NCBI RefSeq assembly: GCF_016433145.1
Contig: NC_058130.1
Coordinates: 219,815,247-219,879,246 of the forward strand
Length of the DNA: 64,000 nt
Direction of reading: 5' to 3'
DNA from: Gracilinanus agilis
Lineage: Eukaryota
In this document: piece after piece, positions 12,235 through 24,069 of the stretch
How positions within the stretch are numbered: the stretch's first letter is position 1
Layout: each line of letters begins with the position of its first letter
The notes under the pieces: model-generated
The model's database searches: none
Told to the model about the DNA's origin: nothing
The model's input: only the letters and a program-made list of their open reading frames with translations
Made by a program: the position numbers and the translations under genes

Positions 12235-12620
12235 TGCCAAAGCCCCAGATGAAGTTCAGTATTCAAACAATGTGTCCTATCGAAGGTGAAGGGAACATTG
12301 CTCGGTTTTTATTCTCACTGTTTGGCCAGACACATAATGCTGTTAGTCTAACACTTATAGATAGTTGGATAGATATGGCTCTTTTTCAGTTGAGAGAAGG
12401 AAGCAGTAAAGAAAAAGCAGCTGTCTTACGCTCCATGAACTCTGCTCTTGGCAGAAGTCCCTGGCTGGTGGGAAATGAACTCACTGCAGCAGACATTATA
12501 GCTTGGTGTGCACTTCAGCAATCAGGTAGTTCTAATTCCGTTCCAGCTAATGTGCAGAAATGGATGAAATCATGTGAAAATTTGGCCTCTTTTAACATTG
12601 CTCTGAAACTCCTGAAGTAA
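12235..12620 (+). CDS. AIMP2: AIMP2 exon 4 coding part (GST-C-like domain) to TAA; total CDS 969 nt, 322 aa
   Basis: ttttcag|TG CCA AAG...[30 protein letters not shown]...ALKLLK*. Confidence 0.97.
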
Positions 12621-12733
12621 ATCCTTAGAATACGTTTTTTAAAGGGGCATGACTGAAAAGTAGTACTGCTTCATGCCTGCTTGTAAATGTACTTTTACTA
12701 AAGTTGATGACTTATGGCCAGATGTCAAGAACC

Positions 12734-12739
12734 AATAAA
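12734..12739 (+). terminator. AIMP2: AIMP2 polyadenylation signal AATAAA
   Basis: First AATAAA, 113 nt after the stop codon. Confidence 0.7.
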
Positions 12740-12975
12740 ATTATTATAGAACTTGTGGCTCCTCTACATAAATTTTCTGACGGCTGATTAGTATAAGTTG
12801 ATTAGCAAGGTAAGCAAAAGAAACCTTAGTTAAAAACAATTTTTCAGGTTTTAAACCTTGATTTTAATAATGTTACTCTGTATATACAGATTAAGAATAC
12901 AAGAATGGCCCCAAACACATATAAATTTGTAAAACTTATTCATATTCCAGTAGATCCAACAAAATTTAACAAATA

Positions 12976-12981
12976 TTTATT
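12976..12981 (-). terminator. EIF2AK1: Candidate proximal EIF2AK1 polyA signal (AATAAA on -)
   Basis: TTTATT on the + strand about 45 nt past the HRI stop. Use is not demonstrated. Confidence 0.4.
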
Positions 12982-13025
12982 TTAAAATTATTGTGCCCAT
13001 TCTTATACATTATCCTATCAGGGGG

Positions 13026-13160
13026 TCAGGCCGGAGAGTCTCCGCATTCTTTCAAGTCTTCCTTTATGCCTTTTTCCAGAGAAAGCAGTCTTATAGTTTC
13101 CTTGAGCTTTTCAATTTCTTTTTCTTGTTCAACTACTTTCTTCTGTAGGATACAATTCAT
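13026..13160 (-). CDS. EIF2AK1: EIF2AK1 (HRI) exon 15 coding part, C-terminal coiled coil; total CDS 1884 nt, 627 aa
   Basis: cag|MNCILQKKVVEQEKEIEKLKETIRLLSLEKGIKEDLKECGDSPA-TGA. Confidence 0.93.
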   Translation of the reverse strand: MNCILQKKVVEQEKEIEKLKETIRLLSLEKGIKEDLKECGDSPA

Positions 13161-15461
13161 CTGAAAAGGAAAAAAAAATTTAATCTCCTCTATTTTTCCC
13201 ATTAAAGTATGGGGTGATTTTTGTCCCCTCCACAGAGAGCAACAAAAATCCCCACAAGTCCTTTTTCAGAAAAAGATGAGGCTATATTTCCATTTGATCA
13301 TAAAACATTTTCTTGAGAACATAATCCTTCTGTAAACCTTTTTTTATATGAACCAAGGAAAACAACAAGCAATTATCCATAAGTCATCTACAGTTTTAGG
13401 AAGAAGACTTAAAGTGGTATTTCAAAATTAAATTTAATAATATTCCTCCTCTACAGGATATGAAAACAAATGTTTGTTAACTTAAACAGACAACACAAAA
13501 TGTTTGGCATAATTAACTATATATATGCTTTATTATAAAACTTTAGGAATGTAAATTACTATACTTTTTCCTTATTTACTCTTTAAGAGTAGAATTCTTA
13601 GTGTTACCCTAAGTTAGTAGAAAAGACAGTTATTCTAAATTTGGGAAAAAAATTTAAAAATCTTTAAAAACACATAGCATTTAAAATGTGAGTCACTTAA
13701 TAGTCAATTAATACCACTGTATAAAGCTCTGTGTAGTATTTTGTAAAGTTTTTCTCTTAAGTAATTAAAAATACCTGAAGCAGGTATGGTTAGATACCAT
13801 ATGATAACCATACATACTTGTAGTATAGCATAGGAATGGCTTGGCCAAGTCTGGACTTTTAAAAATATTGTTAGTAAATAACAATAAATAATAAATATTG
13901 TTAGAAGGGGATTTAGCAATAATCTGGCTCATTTATAAATGATGAATCAGGCCCAGACAATTTAAATAACATCCAAAGTCACAGCTATTTAATGGAAGAA
14001 ACAGGATAGAAACAAGCCACTTAAAATATCATTTTAAAAATAAAATTTCATTTTCAGATCCTCGTTTTCTCCCTCCCCCCTGCCACTCTCTTATCTCCAA
14101 CTGAGGAAACAAGAAAAATAAAAACCTTGATATAAACTTGTACAGTCTAGCTTGTATTCACAGGCTGTGCCCAAACAAAAAAGTAACACCTCAGACCTCT
14201 GAATTCTTCACTTCTAACGGGAAGTAGTTAGCATATTTAATCATGGGACCTCAGAAACTGGTTGGTCATTGTATTGATCACAGTGCAAAGAAAGTTCTTT
14301 TGTCTTTACAGTTTTGTTCTTGGAGTATAAATTGTTTCTCACTGCTTATTCTGTATCTCTCCATAAAAATCTTATGTTTCTCTGACCATGCCCTTAAATC
14401 ATTTTTTATAGCACAACAGTATTCTATCGCATACATATAACTTGTTCAGCTATCCCAAATGAGAGATATCATCAGTTTCCAAATCTTTGGTACCACAAAA
14501 ATAGAAAGAGCTACTATAACTTTTTTGCATGTATGATGAGTCCTTTCCCTCTTGCTTTGGTCTCTTTGTGTAGTGGGTATTGCATAGTGTGATAGCCTTT
14601 GAGACATAATTCCAATTTGCACTACTGACTATTTGGACCAGTTTACAAGTCAATAATGCATTCATGTACTTGTTTTCCTATGGTCCTACCTGCATTCATC
14701 ATTTTCCTTTTTTGTCAACTTCGCCAATTTTATGGGTATGAGAAAGAACCTCAGAATTGTGTCAATTTGAATTTCTCTATTAGTGCTTTAAAGTATCCTT
14801 TCATGTGGTTATTGCTAGCTTGGATTTCTTCCTCTGAAAACTACCTATTCCTACTTTAACCTTTTCATCAATTAGTCATTCCAGAGCAAGATGCACTACA
14901 CTTCAATGAAGTAATGGCCTAATATAAGTCACATGCGTACATACTAGATATTCTTGCTTCCTACCTAGCCAAAAACTAGTTAACTTGCTCCTCTAGATTG
15001 TAGATCTCCTGAAACACCTGTCTGATGTTAAATCCAGCTGCTCTTCCACACTTCATTTGTATTCCTTTTTGAAACTGTGGTTTTTTACATACCAGTGCAC
15101 AAATAGTTTTTTCATAAGATCTATAAAATGTTAGTAAAAAGGAAATACTTAGGTTAAGAATATAATAAGTATAACATAATAAAATGTGACTATATAAGAG
15201 AATAAAAATAAGCCAATCTGTTTAATTTCTTCCAAAATAATTTGGAATAATTTTACCACCTCAGGCTACCAAAGAAATTCTTGAGATGAGAGATAAGAAT
15301 CTCCATAAACCGATTTCCTTTTCACTGGCATACTTAAAAAGAGGCATACTTTCATAATCTGAACTTTTTCGTGTGTGAGGAACATTGAGTAGTAATTTAT
15401 AATGACCAAATGCTATTTTTAAGCAACACATTTTATCAACAAATCGAATATCATAACTTAC

Positions 15462-15695
15462 ATTTCCAGGACTTTGAAAAAGTTCACTTTCTAGTAGCTC
15501 TGCAGCAGAAGGTCTCTGTGAAGAATTACTCCTGGTTAATTGTTTTATGTATTTGGCTTGTACTGGACATCTTTGGCTAAGTGATTCTGGAATCTGACCA
15601 TTTCTTAAGCCTGTTAGAACTTCTGCTCTTTCCATTTCTGTTCCAAATGGCTGAAAGAGCTCTAGAAGAATTACACCCAAACTATACATGTCTGA
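15462..15695 (-). CDS. EIF2AK1: EIF2AK1 exon 14 (234 nt; kinase subdomains IX-XI, CP heme motif)
   Basis: tag|[23 protein letters not shown]...QRCPVQA...SPGN|GTAAGT. Confidence 0.97.
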
Positions 15696-16020
15696 CTAGA
15701 AAAACAAAAGGTACACAAGTTTATTAGTAGAAATTTACTTTCAGAATGACATTTTTACATTTTAATTTTATAACCAGAAGAAAATCAATTGTTTAAGGCC
15801 AATAGGTTTACCATTCTGATAACTGATAACAGAGAAAACTGGTTTTACATTTACCAACAATAAAAGAAGTGGGTAACAGGCCTGGAATATCCCCAATAGG
15901 CTAAAAGACATGACAAATCAATTACTAAGATTAGACAAGACTACTTGTTAAGGGTCAACACAATTTAATCCTTTCATCTCTCCAGTCTGTCCAGATCATA
16001 CAATGGAGAATACCCTAGAA

Positions 16021-16205
16021 CAGTAATGGGCAAACTATTCCCCGTGGGCCAGATCTAGGCCATAGTTTTCCCATCACTGCCTTAAGCAATTTCCTAATCA
16101 CTACATCTGGATGTGGGGGGCGTAGTGATTAGGGAATTGCTTAAAGCAGTGATGGGAAAACTACGGCCTAGATCTGGCCCACAGGGAGTAGTTTGCCTAT
16201 CACTG
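16021..16205. mobile_element. Palindromic hAT MITE (185 bp)
   Basis: 84-bp arms (77/84 complementary), 17-nt loop, perfect 8-bp TSD CCCTAGAA at 16013-16020 and 16206-16213. Confidence 0.9.
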
Positions 16206-16654
16206 CCCTAGAATAAATAAGGTTCTCCTAGATTGGTCATTGTACAAAGAAAAAGATGAGATAAGTTCTAACACTCCTCACCCAATGAAAAATTAGGTTG
16301 TCATTGGAGAAACTGACAAAAAAAATTTCTTTAGTCTGCTATAAACTAGCAGAAAATTGTAAAATTACTTTCAGGTTCAACTATCTCTTTACCTCCACTC
16401 ATCAATAAAGTATTTTTGGTAGATTTAACATAATTTTACTTTCCTGTACAATATACCAATTTATTAAAAAAGGTTCATAAAAGTTCTAGCCAAGTTTGTT
16501 TGGGTGGTGGATAAGATTTAACAAAAAGGGATATCTGTGATATTCCCTATTGTCAAAACTGAATTATTATTCATAAATGAAAAATAAAATTATAAGCTAG
16601 GATGTACTCTAGGAAAGAAGTTTTCTGAGAGCACTCCCCCACTTCCTCACATTT

Positions 16655-16855
16655 TCCTTAAAACTCTTATCTTCTGTCTTAGAATCAATACTGTGTATCA
16701 TACCAAGGCAAAAGCCCAATGAGGGTTAGGCAATGAAAGTTAAGTGACTTATCCAGGGTTACCTAGCTAGAAAATGCCTGAGGCCAGATTTGAAGCAAGG
16801 ACTTTCCATCTATAGGCTTGGCTCTCAATCCACTGAACCACCTAGCTACCCCCCT
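16655..16855 (-). mobile_element. SINE1_Mdo-like SINE
   Basis: Reverse-complement match to the local SINE consensus. Confidence 0.75.
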
Positions 16856-17396
16856 TACTCACATTTTCTAGACCATGTCTAGGTATTTTCCTTGTCTTCA
16901 TCCCAGGCTAGTAGAATAGTAAGCTATATGATGGCAGTACTCATCTCTTCAAACACCTAGCACAATGCTTCAAAACATATAATTGCCACTTAAGAAATCT
17001 TTACTGAATTGATATTCTCTTAAGAAGTCATGGGGTTTTTTTTAAAGGACTTATTAAAACCTTACATTATATTCAACAGCAGAGAATTCAATTCCCTTAT
17101 ACAGTTAAGCTTCCTCATTAAATATCAATTAACAACTCTGCCAGATTTGTGAAAGAACAGTCTCCTAGGAAGAATAGCTACCTGAGGTGAAGACTGCATT
17201 TTATAGTGACAGCTTTTTATAAAACAATTCAATGTCAGCAGAGATTTGAAAATAACTAAAAGCAGAAAAATTTTAACAGGAAAAAAAGCAAGTTTTGTTA
17301 GAGCAATATGATATTCAAAGAGAAACTGGTGCTTGAATGCTTCCTGAAACACATATTAAAGAAAACAAGAAAAAATATATTTTTAAATGGCCCTAC

Positions 17397-17476
17397 CTTG
17401 GCATCATATTCAGATCCTTGCAGCTGTTCTGGTGAAGCATACAGACTAGTACCCACTCCTGAAGTATGTATAAGTC
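17397..17476 (-). CDS. EIF2AK1: EIF2AK1 exon 13 (80 nt; activation segment, APE-equivalent SPE)
   Basis: tag|[28 protein letters not shown]|GTAGGG. Confidence 0.95.
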
Positions 17477-17829
17477 CTATAATTTGAATATTCTGATTAT
17501 TAGCAAAGGTTCTATCAATACATTTGGCTTAATCTTGGTTACAATTTACTATGTCATTACCAACAATAAAGCTTTATTGAATTCTTGCTGGGTTCCAGCT
17601 ATAACTTCTAGAAGGTGATTATACTTTTAATGCTTCCATTCTCCTCAGTTTTATATGTAAGGATACTTCTACTACAGGTACAACTTATCAGTTCACTATC
17701 ATTTGGTACTCAGTACAACAGTTGCTGTGGCAATAAAATTCATCACCCTGTGGCCAACCTAGTAATGAGCCTCTGAACTTGGCTAGTTCAGTTTTAAAAG
17801 ATAGACAAATAGTCCATCATTTATCTTTT

Positions 17830-18005
17830 TTTTTTTTAAACCCTTACCATTTATAACAACTCTAAGACAGAAGGGCAAGGGCTAGGCAAATGGGGTTAAG
17901 TGGCTTGCCCAGGGACATACAGCTAGGAAATATCTGAAGTCAGATTTGCAGGTTCTCCCAAACCCAGGCTTGGATCTTTATCCATTGTGCTACCTAGCTA
18001 CCCCT
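17830..18005 (-). mobile_element. SINE1_Mdo-like SINE
   Basis: T-tail, AAACCCTTACC, CORE segment, and head ending GCTACCCC. Confidence 0.75.
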
Positions 18006-18210
18006 GAGCTTCTTCTTAAAACATGTTTAGCCTGGTGGTACCAGCTCAGAGCCAATCATCTGTTAGCACAGTCTTCAAGATATCAGGATTACCTCACCGG
18101 AAGTCACTAAAGCCAGGGAAATAGGGGAAGAAAAGGCAATTATTGCTGTTTAAAATTTAAAAGACCATATTTACAATGAGGCACTTAATTTTTTTTGACA
18201 GAAAACTTAC

Positions 18211-18325
18211 TTTTTCTATTTCTACTGGTCCATTCTGTGTCTTTCTGAATGAGGTCTGTACAGGCTAGGCCAAAATCTCCTATTCTTACATGATGGTCAG
18301 GACCTTGAAGAAAAATATTTCTGGG
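18211..18325 (-). CDS. EIF2AK1: EIF2AK1 exon 12 (115 nt; DFG motif)
   Basis: tag|[39 protein letters not shown]|GTAAGT. Confidence 0.97.
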
Positions 18326-19124
18326 CTACGAAGAGACAAAACAATTCAATATCTTGTATTTGTCTCATGTATACAGTATATGTAATCAATATGTAGATAT
18401 ATGACATTTACAAATACAGTTTTAAAAAGAGTGACAATAGCAAGCATTTATATAGCACTAAGATTTGCAAAGCACAAATATCTAATTTTATCTTCACAAC
18501 ACACTGTAAGGAAAGTGCTAAATGTATATTTGAGATGTGTGATCAGGGAATGGTGGAAATCACAGCTGCTGGAGTTGGCAACCGCTAGGCTTTTTGGCTA
18601 GTATATTACATACTTGACTCATACTGAGCTTACAAGACCATTAAAATCACCAGGTATTTTTCACAGGAATTGCTATTTAGTCATGCCTTCCTCTACTTTT
18701 GCCTATAAAAGTCCATTAAAAAAAACTTTTGTAGAATTTACATTTATTCCTATCAATTTTCATCTTATTATATTTGATCCATCATTTATGTGTATCTAGT
18801 TCTTTTTTAAAATCCTGACCTCATCCACTTGTGTTGGCTATCCCTCCAGTTTTGTGTCATTTGTAAATGTGATAAGCATGCCTTAGTAGCTTCGTTCTAG
18901 TTGTTTATTAAAATGTTCAAAAGCACAGATCCAATGACAGATTCCTGGGCAAACAGGAATCTATTTCAGACCTGTCCAAAATCACCCTGACTGCTCCTAA
19001 GATACGGCCGTTAAATCAGTTCTGAATCCACCTACCTGTGCAATAACTGAGCCTTGTTGGCAAGGAGAGATCAGGAGACCAACCAAATGAAAAAGCGTAT
19101 TATGAGTACAAAATATCTTCTTTC

Positions 19125-19310
19125 TTTTAAACCCTTACCCTTCTGCCTTGATTGGTTCCAAGGCAGAAGAGTGGTATGGGCCAAGGCAATGGGGGGTTAA
19201 ATAACTTGCCCAGGGGTCACACAGGTAGGAAGTGTCGGAGACCAGATCTGAACCCAGGACCTCCTCTCTAGGCTTGGCTCTCAATCTACTGAGCCACCTA
19301 TCCGCCCCCT
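19125..19310 (-). mobile_element. SINE1_Mdo-like SINE
   Basis: Reverse-complement match to the local SINE consensus. Confidence 0.75.
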
Positions 19311-19894
19311 ATAAAACATCTTTTGTGTGTTATACAATGGAGATAAAATTTTATAATTAAAAGAAACAATCCAGCCTAATACATTTGTTCAAATTAGTCA
19401 TATTCATGATGAGGTAAAAATGAGAAATATTCAAGTAAGATTTAAAATAATGCAATTGACAAACAAGTTTCTTTGTCTGAAATGTAATTTTAAGATTAAA
19501 ATTGATGTTTTACAAACAAATTTTAGCTCCATGTTTTTTATTTATGAGATGTCTGTCATGTCTAGTTGAATAAGATGAGACAAGAGTGGGTAGCCTATTT
19601 TACATCGTATTTAGATCTCTTCACCAGAAAGGTAAGCATCTAAAAGAAAAAAGCCCATTCAGACCTGATTGATTTCAGAAATTCAAGTTGGGGAAACAGC
19701 AGAAAGTTGTTTATTTCTCCAGGATACAAAGAATACCCCCTAAATATAAATTTTAATTTTGTTCATAGCTACAGCTTTAAATGCAATCATTCCAAAACTG
19801 TTCTAGAACCAAACTGAATCATCATAAAGAGTTTTAAATTGACCACATTCCACAACATACAGTTTCCCCTGAACTCTAATTTCTCACTGTCTAA

Positions 19895-20194
<300 letters not shown>

Positions 20195-20209
20195 TAAACT
20201 TCCTCCTCT

Positions 20210-21560
20210 TTTCTACTCTCCATATTAAAACCCTTTTACGTTCTCTTCCATTCTCTCTTCTTTTCACTCCAATCTCTAGTCTCACAAGATGACCTCTCTT
20301 CACCAAGGCTTGTACCCTTAGTTTCATCCCATCTCCTTTCAGTTCCTCTAGCAGACTGATCCCATAATCATTACCACCTCATTCTAATCCTCAATCTCTC
20401 CCTATGGTTCTTTCGCTGCTCCCTATAAATCTCCAGGTATCATTCATCTTTGAAAACTCTCACTTGACTCTACTTTCCTCAAGTTACTGACCTAAAATCT
20501 CTCCTTCCACAGTCAAAATCCTAAAATGATAAAGCTGTCTCTATTCATTGTCTTTACTTCCTATTCTCTCATGTCTTAAACCCTTTTAGTCTGGCTTCTG
20601 ACTTTACTCAGATGAAACTATTCTCTCCAAATGACCAATGATCTCTAAATGCTAAATCCAATGGTCTTTCAATGCTTATCTTCCTGACTTTCCCTTTACC
20701 ATCTGACACATCCTCTTTTGGTTCTCCATCTCAGCTTTTGCTGAATAAGTCTGTCATACATGCCTACTCTATTACTGTTGGATGTCCTCCTAGGCTCTAT
20801 CTTGTGCCCTCTTCTCCCTCTCTGCTCTCTTGATGACCTCATTAACTTCCATGTAATTCTGTTAACTCAGATGATTCCTAGATCCTATATTTCTCTCTAA
20901 ACCCTCTTCCCAGCTCCAGTCTCAAACTGCTTATTGGCCATATGAGTCTGAAATTCAAAATGTAGACCTTTCTCCCAAGATCCATTCCTCTTCCTAGTCT
21001 CTATTTTTCTGTTAAGGGAACCCCACATGCTGAGTCAATTGTTAAGTCTTGTTGAATTTACCTCCACTTCTCTAGCATCCATCATTTTCTCTTCTTCTCA
21101 CAATGCCGCCAACCCTGTTCAGGCTTTCTTCACCTCTTGCCTAGACTTTTGCACTAGCCTCCTAAATGATCTTCCTGAATTCAGACACTTATTTCCTGAT
21201 TTGTCCTCCACTGAGGTGCCAAAGTAATATTCCTAATGCATAGGATAGTTGGACTAGATGATCTCTAAAATTCCTTTCAGCTTTATTTAGACCTATTCTG
21301 TTACTCTCCTTCTTCTGAAGCTCCAGTAAGTAGTTTCCTACTGCTTTCAGGATCAAATACAAATTCCTCTTTTTCAGTTTAAGACCTTCACAACCTGTCT
21401 CCAACCTACTTTTCCAAGCTTCTTATACATTATTTCCCTTCCTGTTCGATGGCCCAGCCAAACTGGTCTTTTGGATGTCCCTCACATGACATTCCACCTC
21501 CATGTCTTTCCTCAAGGTATCCCCATGTATGGAATTCAGTTTCCTATGCCTTTCAGAATC
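20210..21560 (-). mobile_element. L2 remnant(s) in ANKRD61 intron 1
   Basis: Pyrimidine-rich on +, with L2 motifs such as TCTCCAAATGACCAATGATCTCTAAATGCTAAATCCAATGG. Confidence 0.55.
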
Positions 21561-21689
21561 CATAGTTTCTTTTAAAGTTGGAGTGTTACCTTCTTCATGA
21601 GAACTTCCCATATCTACCCAACTGCTGGTGCTTTCCCCTTCAAAATACCTTTTATTTACTTAATAAATACATTGATAGAGCAGGAAGCT

Positions 21690-23700
21690 AGTCAAGTATC
21701 TAGAGCTTGGAAGGCACTGGTGCTAATTACAGTGAATATGAAGAAAGGCAAAAATATGATACCTAATCCTACACTAAGGAGTTTACGTTTGAAGAAATGA
21801 GATATGTTAACACCTAAGATATAGTCAGTGGATGGATGGATGGAACAGTGTAGAAAACTATGAAAGACCTCCTGCATAATGCAGAATTTAAACTGAGTCT
21901 TGCAGGAAACCTGGGAAGCTGGAGCGGTGAGGGAGAATATTTCAAGAATGCCAGTGTAAAAGCATTGAGCACTGTAAGGAACAGCAAGTAGGCCAGTGTA
22001 GCTGGACCCTAGAGTAATTAGAGGAGGAAATCCAGAACTATTGGAAGAAGCCAGGCTGTGAAGGGCTTTAAATGCCAAACATAACTGATCTTGGAGAGAA
22101 GGGGGAAATACTGGAGTTTACTGAGTAAGAGGTAACTTGGGTCTTACTTGCACTTGAGGAAAATCACTTGAGCTGCTGTGTGGAGGATGGAGTGGAGAGA
22201 AACCTAAAGCAAGGAGAACCAACTAGAGGGCTATTGGTGATGAGTTTGACCCAAATAAAAGCTGTCTTAATGGAGAGAAAGGGATATACACAAGGGATAT
22301 TGTAACTGTAGAGGCAAAAAGATTTGACAAAATATTGAAAATGTGGAGAAAGTGTGAGATGAAGAGAGGAAATGAGGGAATTCTCAGTAAATGGCCTCAA
22401 TTTTTTTCAGTGAAGAATGAGACAAGGTTCTCAGATAAGGATGGGGAAAGGGGAGCCATGAGGCATTTGGGGAGATATGAAAAGGTTGGAATAGCAACTG
22501 TGGCAATTGGGATGGTCAAACACAATAGGATTGCTTTGCTATAGTGAGGGCCCAGCTAAGAATATGTAATATTAATCTGTAGTGAAGCCAATCAGCATGG
22601 TTTTGTGTGGGAATGAAGGTCACCATGAGGATGAATAACAGGGTTAGGAGTGATAAGGCACAGGAAAAGATGAAATAATATTATGATTAGATGAAGGACT
22701 TTTGGAGCTCATGAACATGGGAGTAGAACCCTTGTTGGAGATGAAAAGATCAAGGATATGACCGCTTATCTCTGTGTAGCTGAAATGGAGTGAAAGAGTA
22801 GACCTTGGAAATTGAATAGACATCCGTAAAGACAGGGTTTTTCTTGAAGCAACATAAATATGCTAAAGCTCCTTAGTATAAGGAGTTGGGTAAACCAGGC
22901 CCTGAACTCACTGAGGAAAGCAAGGAATATACTGACTCACTTTCCCTACACCCAGGCACATGACAAGGGAAGGAGTATGAATAAATGTGCAACCAGTACT
23001 GGAAAGGATGGGCAGGGATGTGATGCCATTAGGAGAGATTGAGGTCTCAGAGGTAAGTACCACAAGATAGAAGAAATAAGAAAGAAAAGGTTTAAGAGGA
23101 AAGGAAGTTTATTAATTATTAAAAGGCATTTCAGAGAACACAGTTGAAGGAGCAAGTCAATCTGGAATGAGATATAGGGATGGGAATAGGGGGTGGGATG
23201 GGGGGGCAGTGTCAAGCAGGAAATAAGGGAACAAGCAGCGTGGAATGGAAAATGGGGGCAGCACATCTGAAGCTAAGAATTCAGAATAACTGGGATGGGT
23301 AGAGTGTTGGGATGAGAGTATTCTAATCATTGAGGAATGAATCCAGGCAGAGTAGCAATAGTTGGAGAAAGGTCCAATGAGGGAGGCAAGGTCCAAGTGA
23401 TTATATTGTCCCAGGTCCTCCCTCAAGGTCCAACAACATGACAAGTGGTGATGCTGTGGCCTGGGACATCTCCCATAAGATAGAAGCCAGGGGAAAGGTA
23501 CGGCCTAGGGGTAGGGAGGGTCAGGTCAGGTAGCAGTGTGAGGGTGACTTGCTAAAGAAGTGGGAAGAGGGAGAGAGAAGGGAGGTTAAGTCTGGTCCCT
23601 GGGATGGCCTCCAGAGCAATGGAGAAGGCTTTCAGGGTTAGTGTCCTGGAGAAGCAGATGGAAAAGGTACAGGGAGAACACTGAGAACCAGATTAGAAGG
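21690..23700 (+). mobile_element. L2 remnant, extending into the degenerate ORF2 region
   Basis: Continuous purine-rich L2-like sequence with no intact ORF. Confidence 0.55.
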
Positions 23701-23716
23701 GTAGTCTGGTAGTGGA

Positions 23717-23886
23717 GGGGCAGCTGGGTAGCTTAGTGGATTGAGAGCCAGGCCTAGAGACTAGAGGTCCTAGGTTCAAATCTGGCCTCAGACACTTCCC
23801 AGCTGTGTGTCCTTGGGCAAGTCACTTGACCCCCGTTGCCCACCCCTACCACTCTTCCATCTAGGATCCAATACAAAGAAGTTAAG

Positions 23887-23930
<44 letters not shown>
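23717..23930 (+). mobile_element. Young SINE1_Mdo-like SINE with a pure A40 tail
   Basis: Full head, A40 at 23891-23930, TSD AAGGGTAGTCTG. Confidence 0.9.
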
Positions 23931-23933
<3 letters not shown>

Positions 23934-24069
23934 TAGTCTGCATGTGAGGCTAGCACAGAGCCATATATGTACATGTCAATTTCCCTAAACAATTTAAGTT
24001 CCTTGGAAGGCAGAAACTTGTATTTTTGTTTCACATTAATAAATGCTTGTTAATAGATTGATTTACAAA

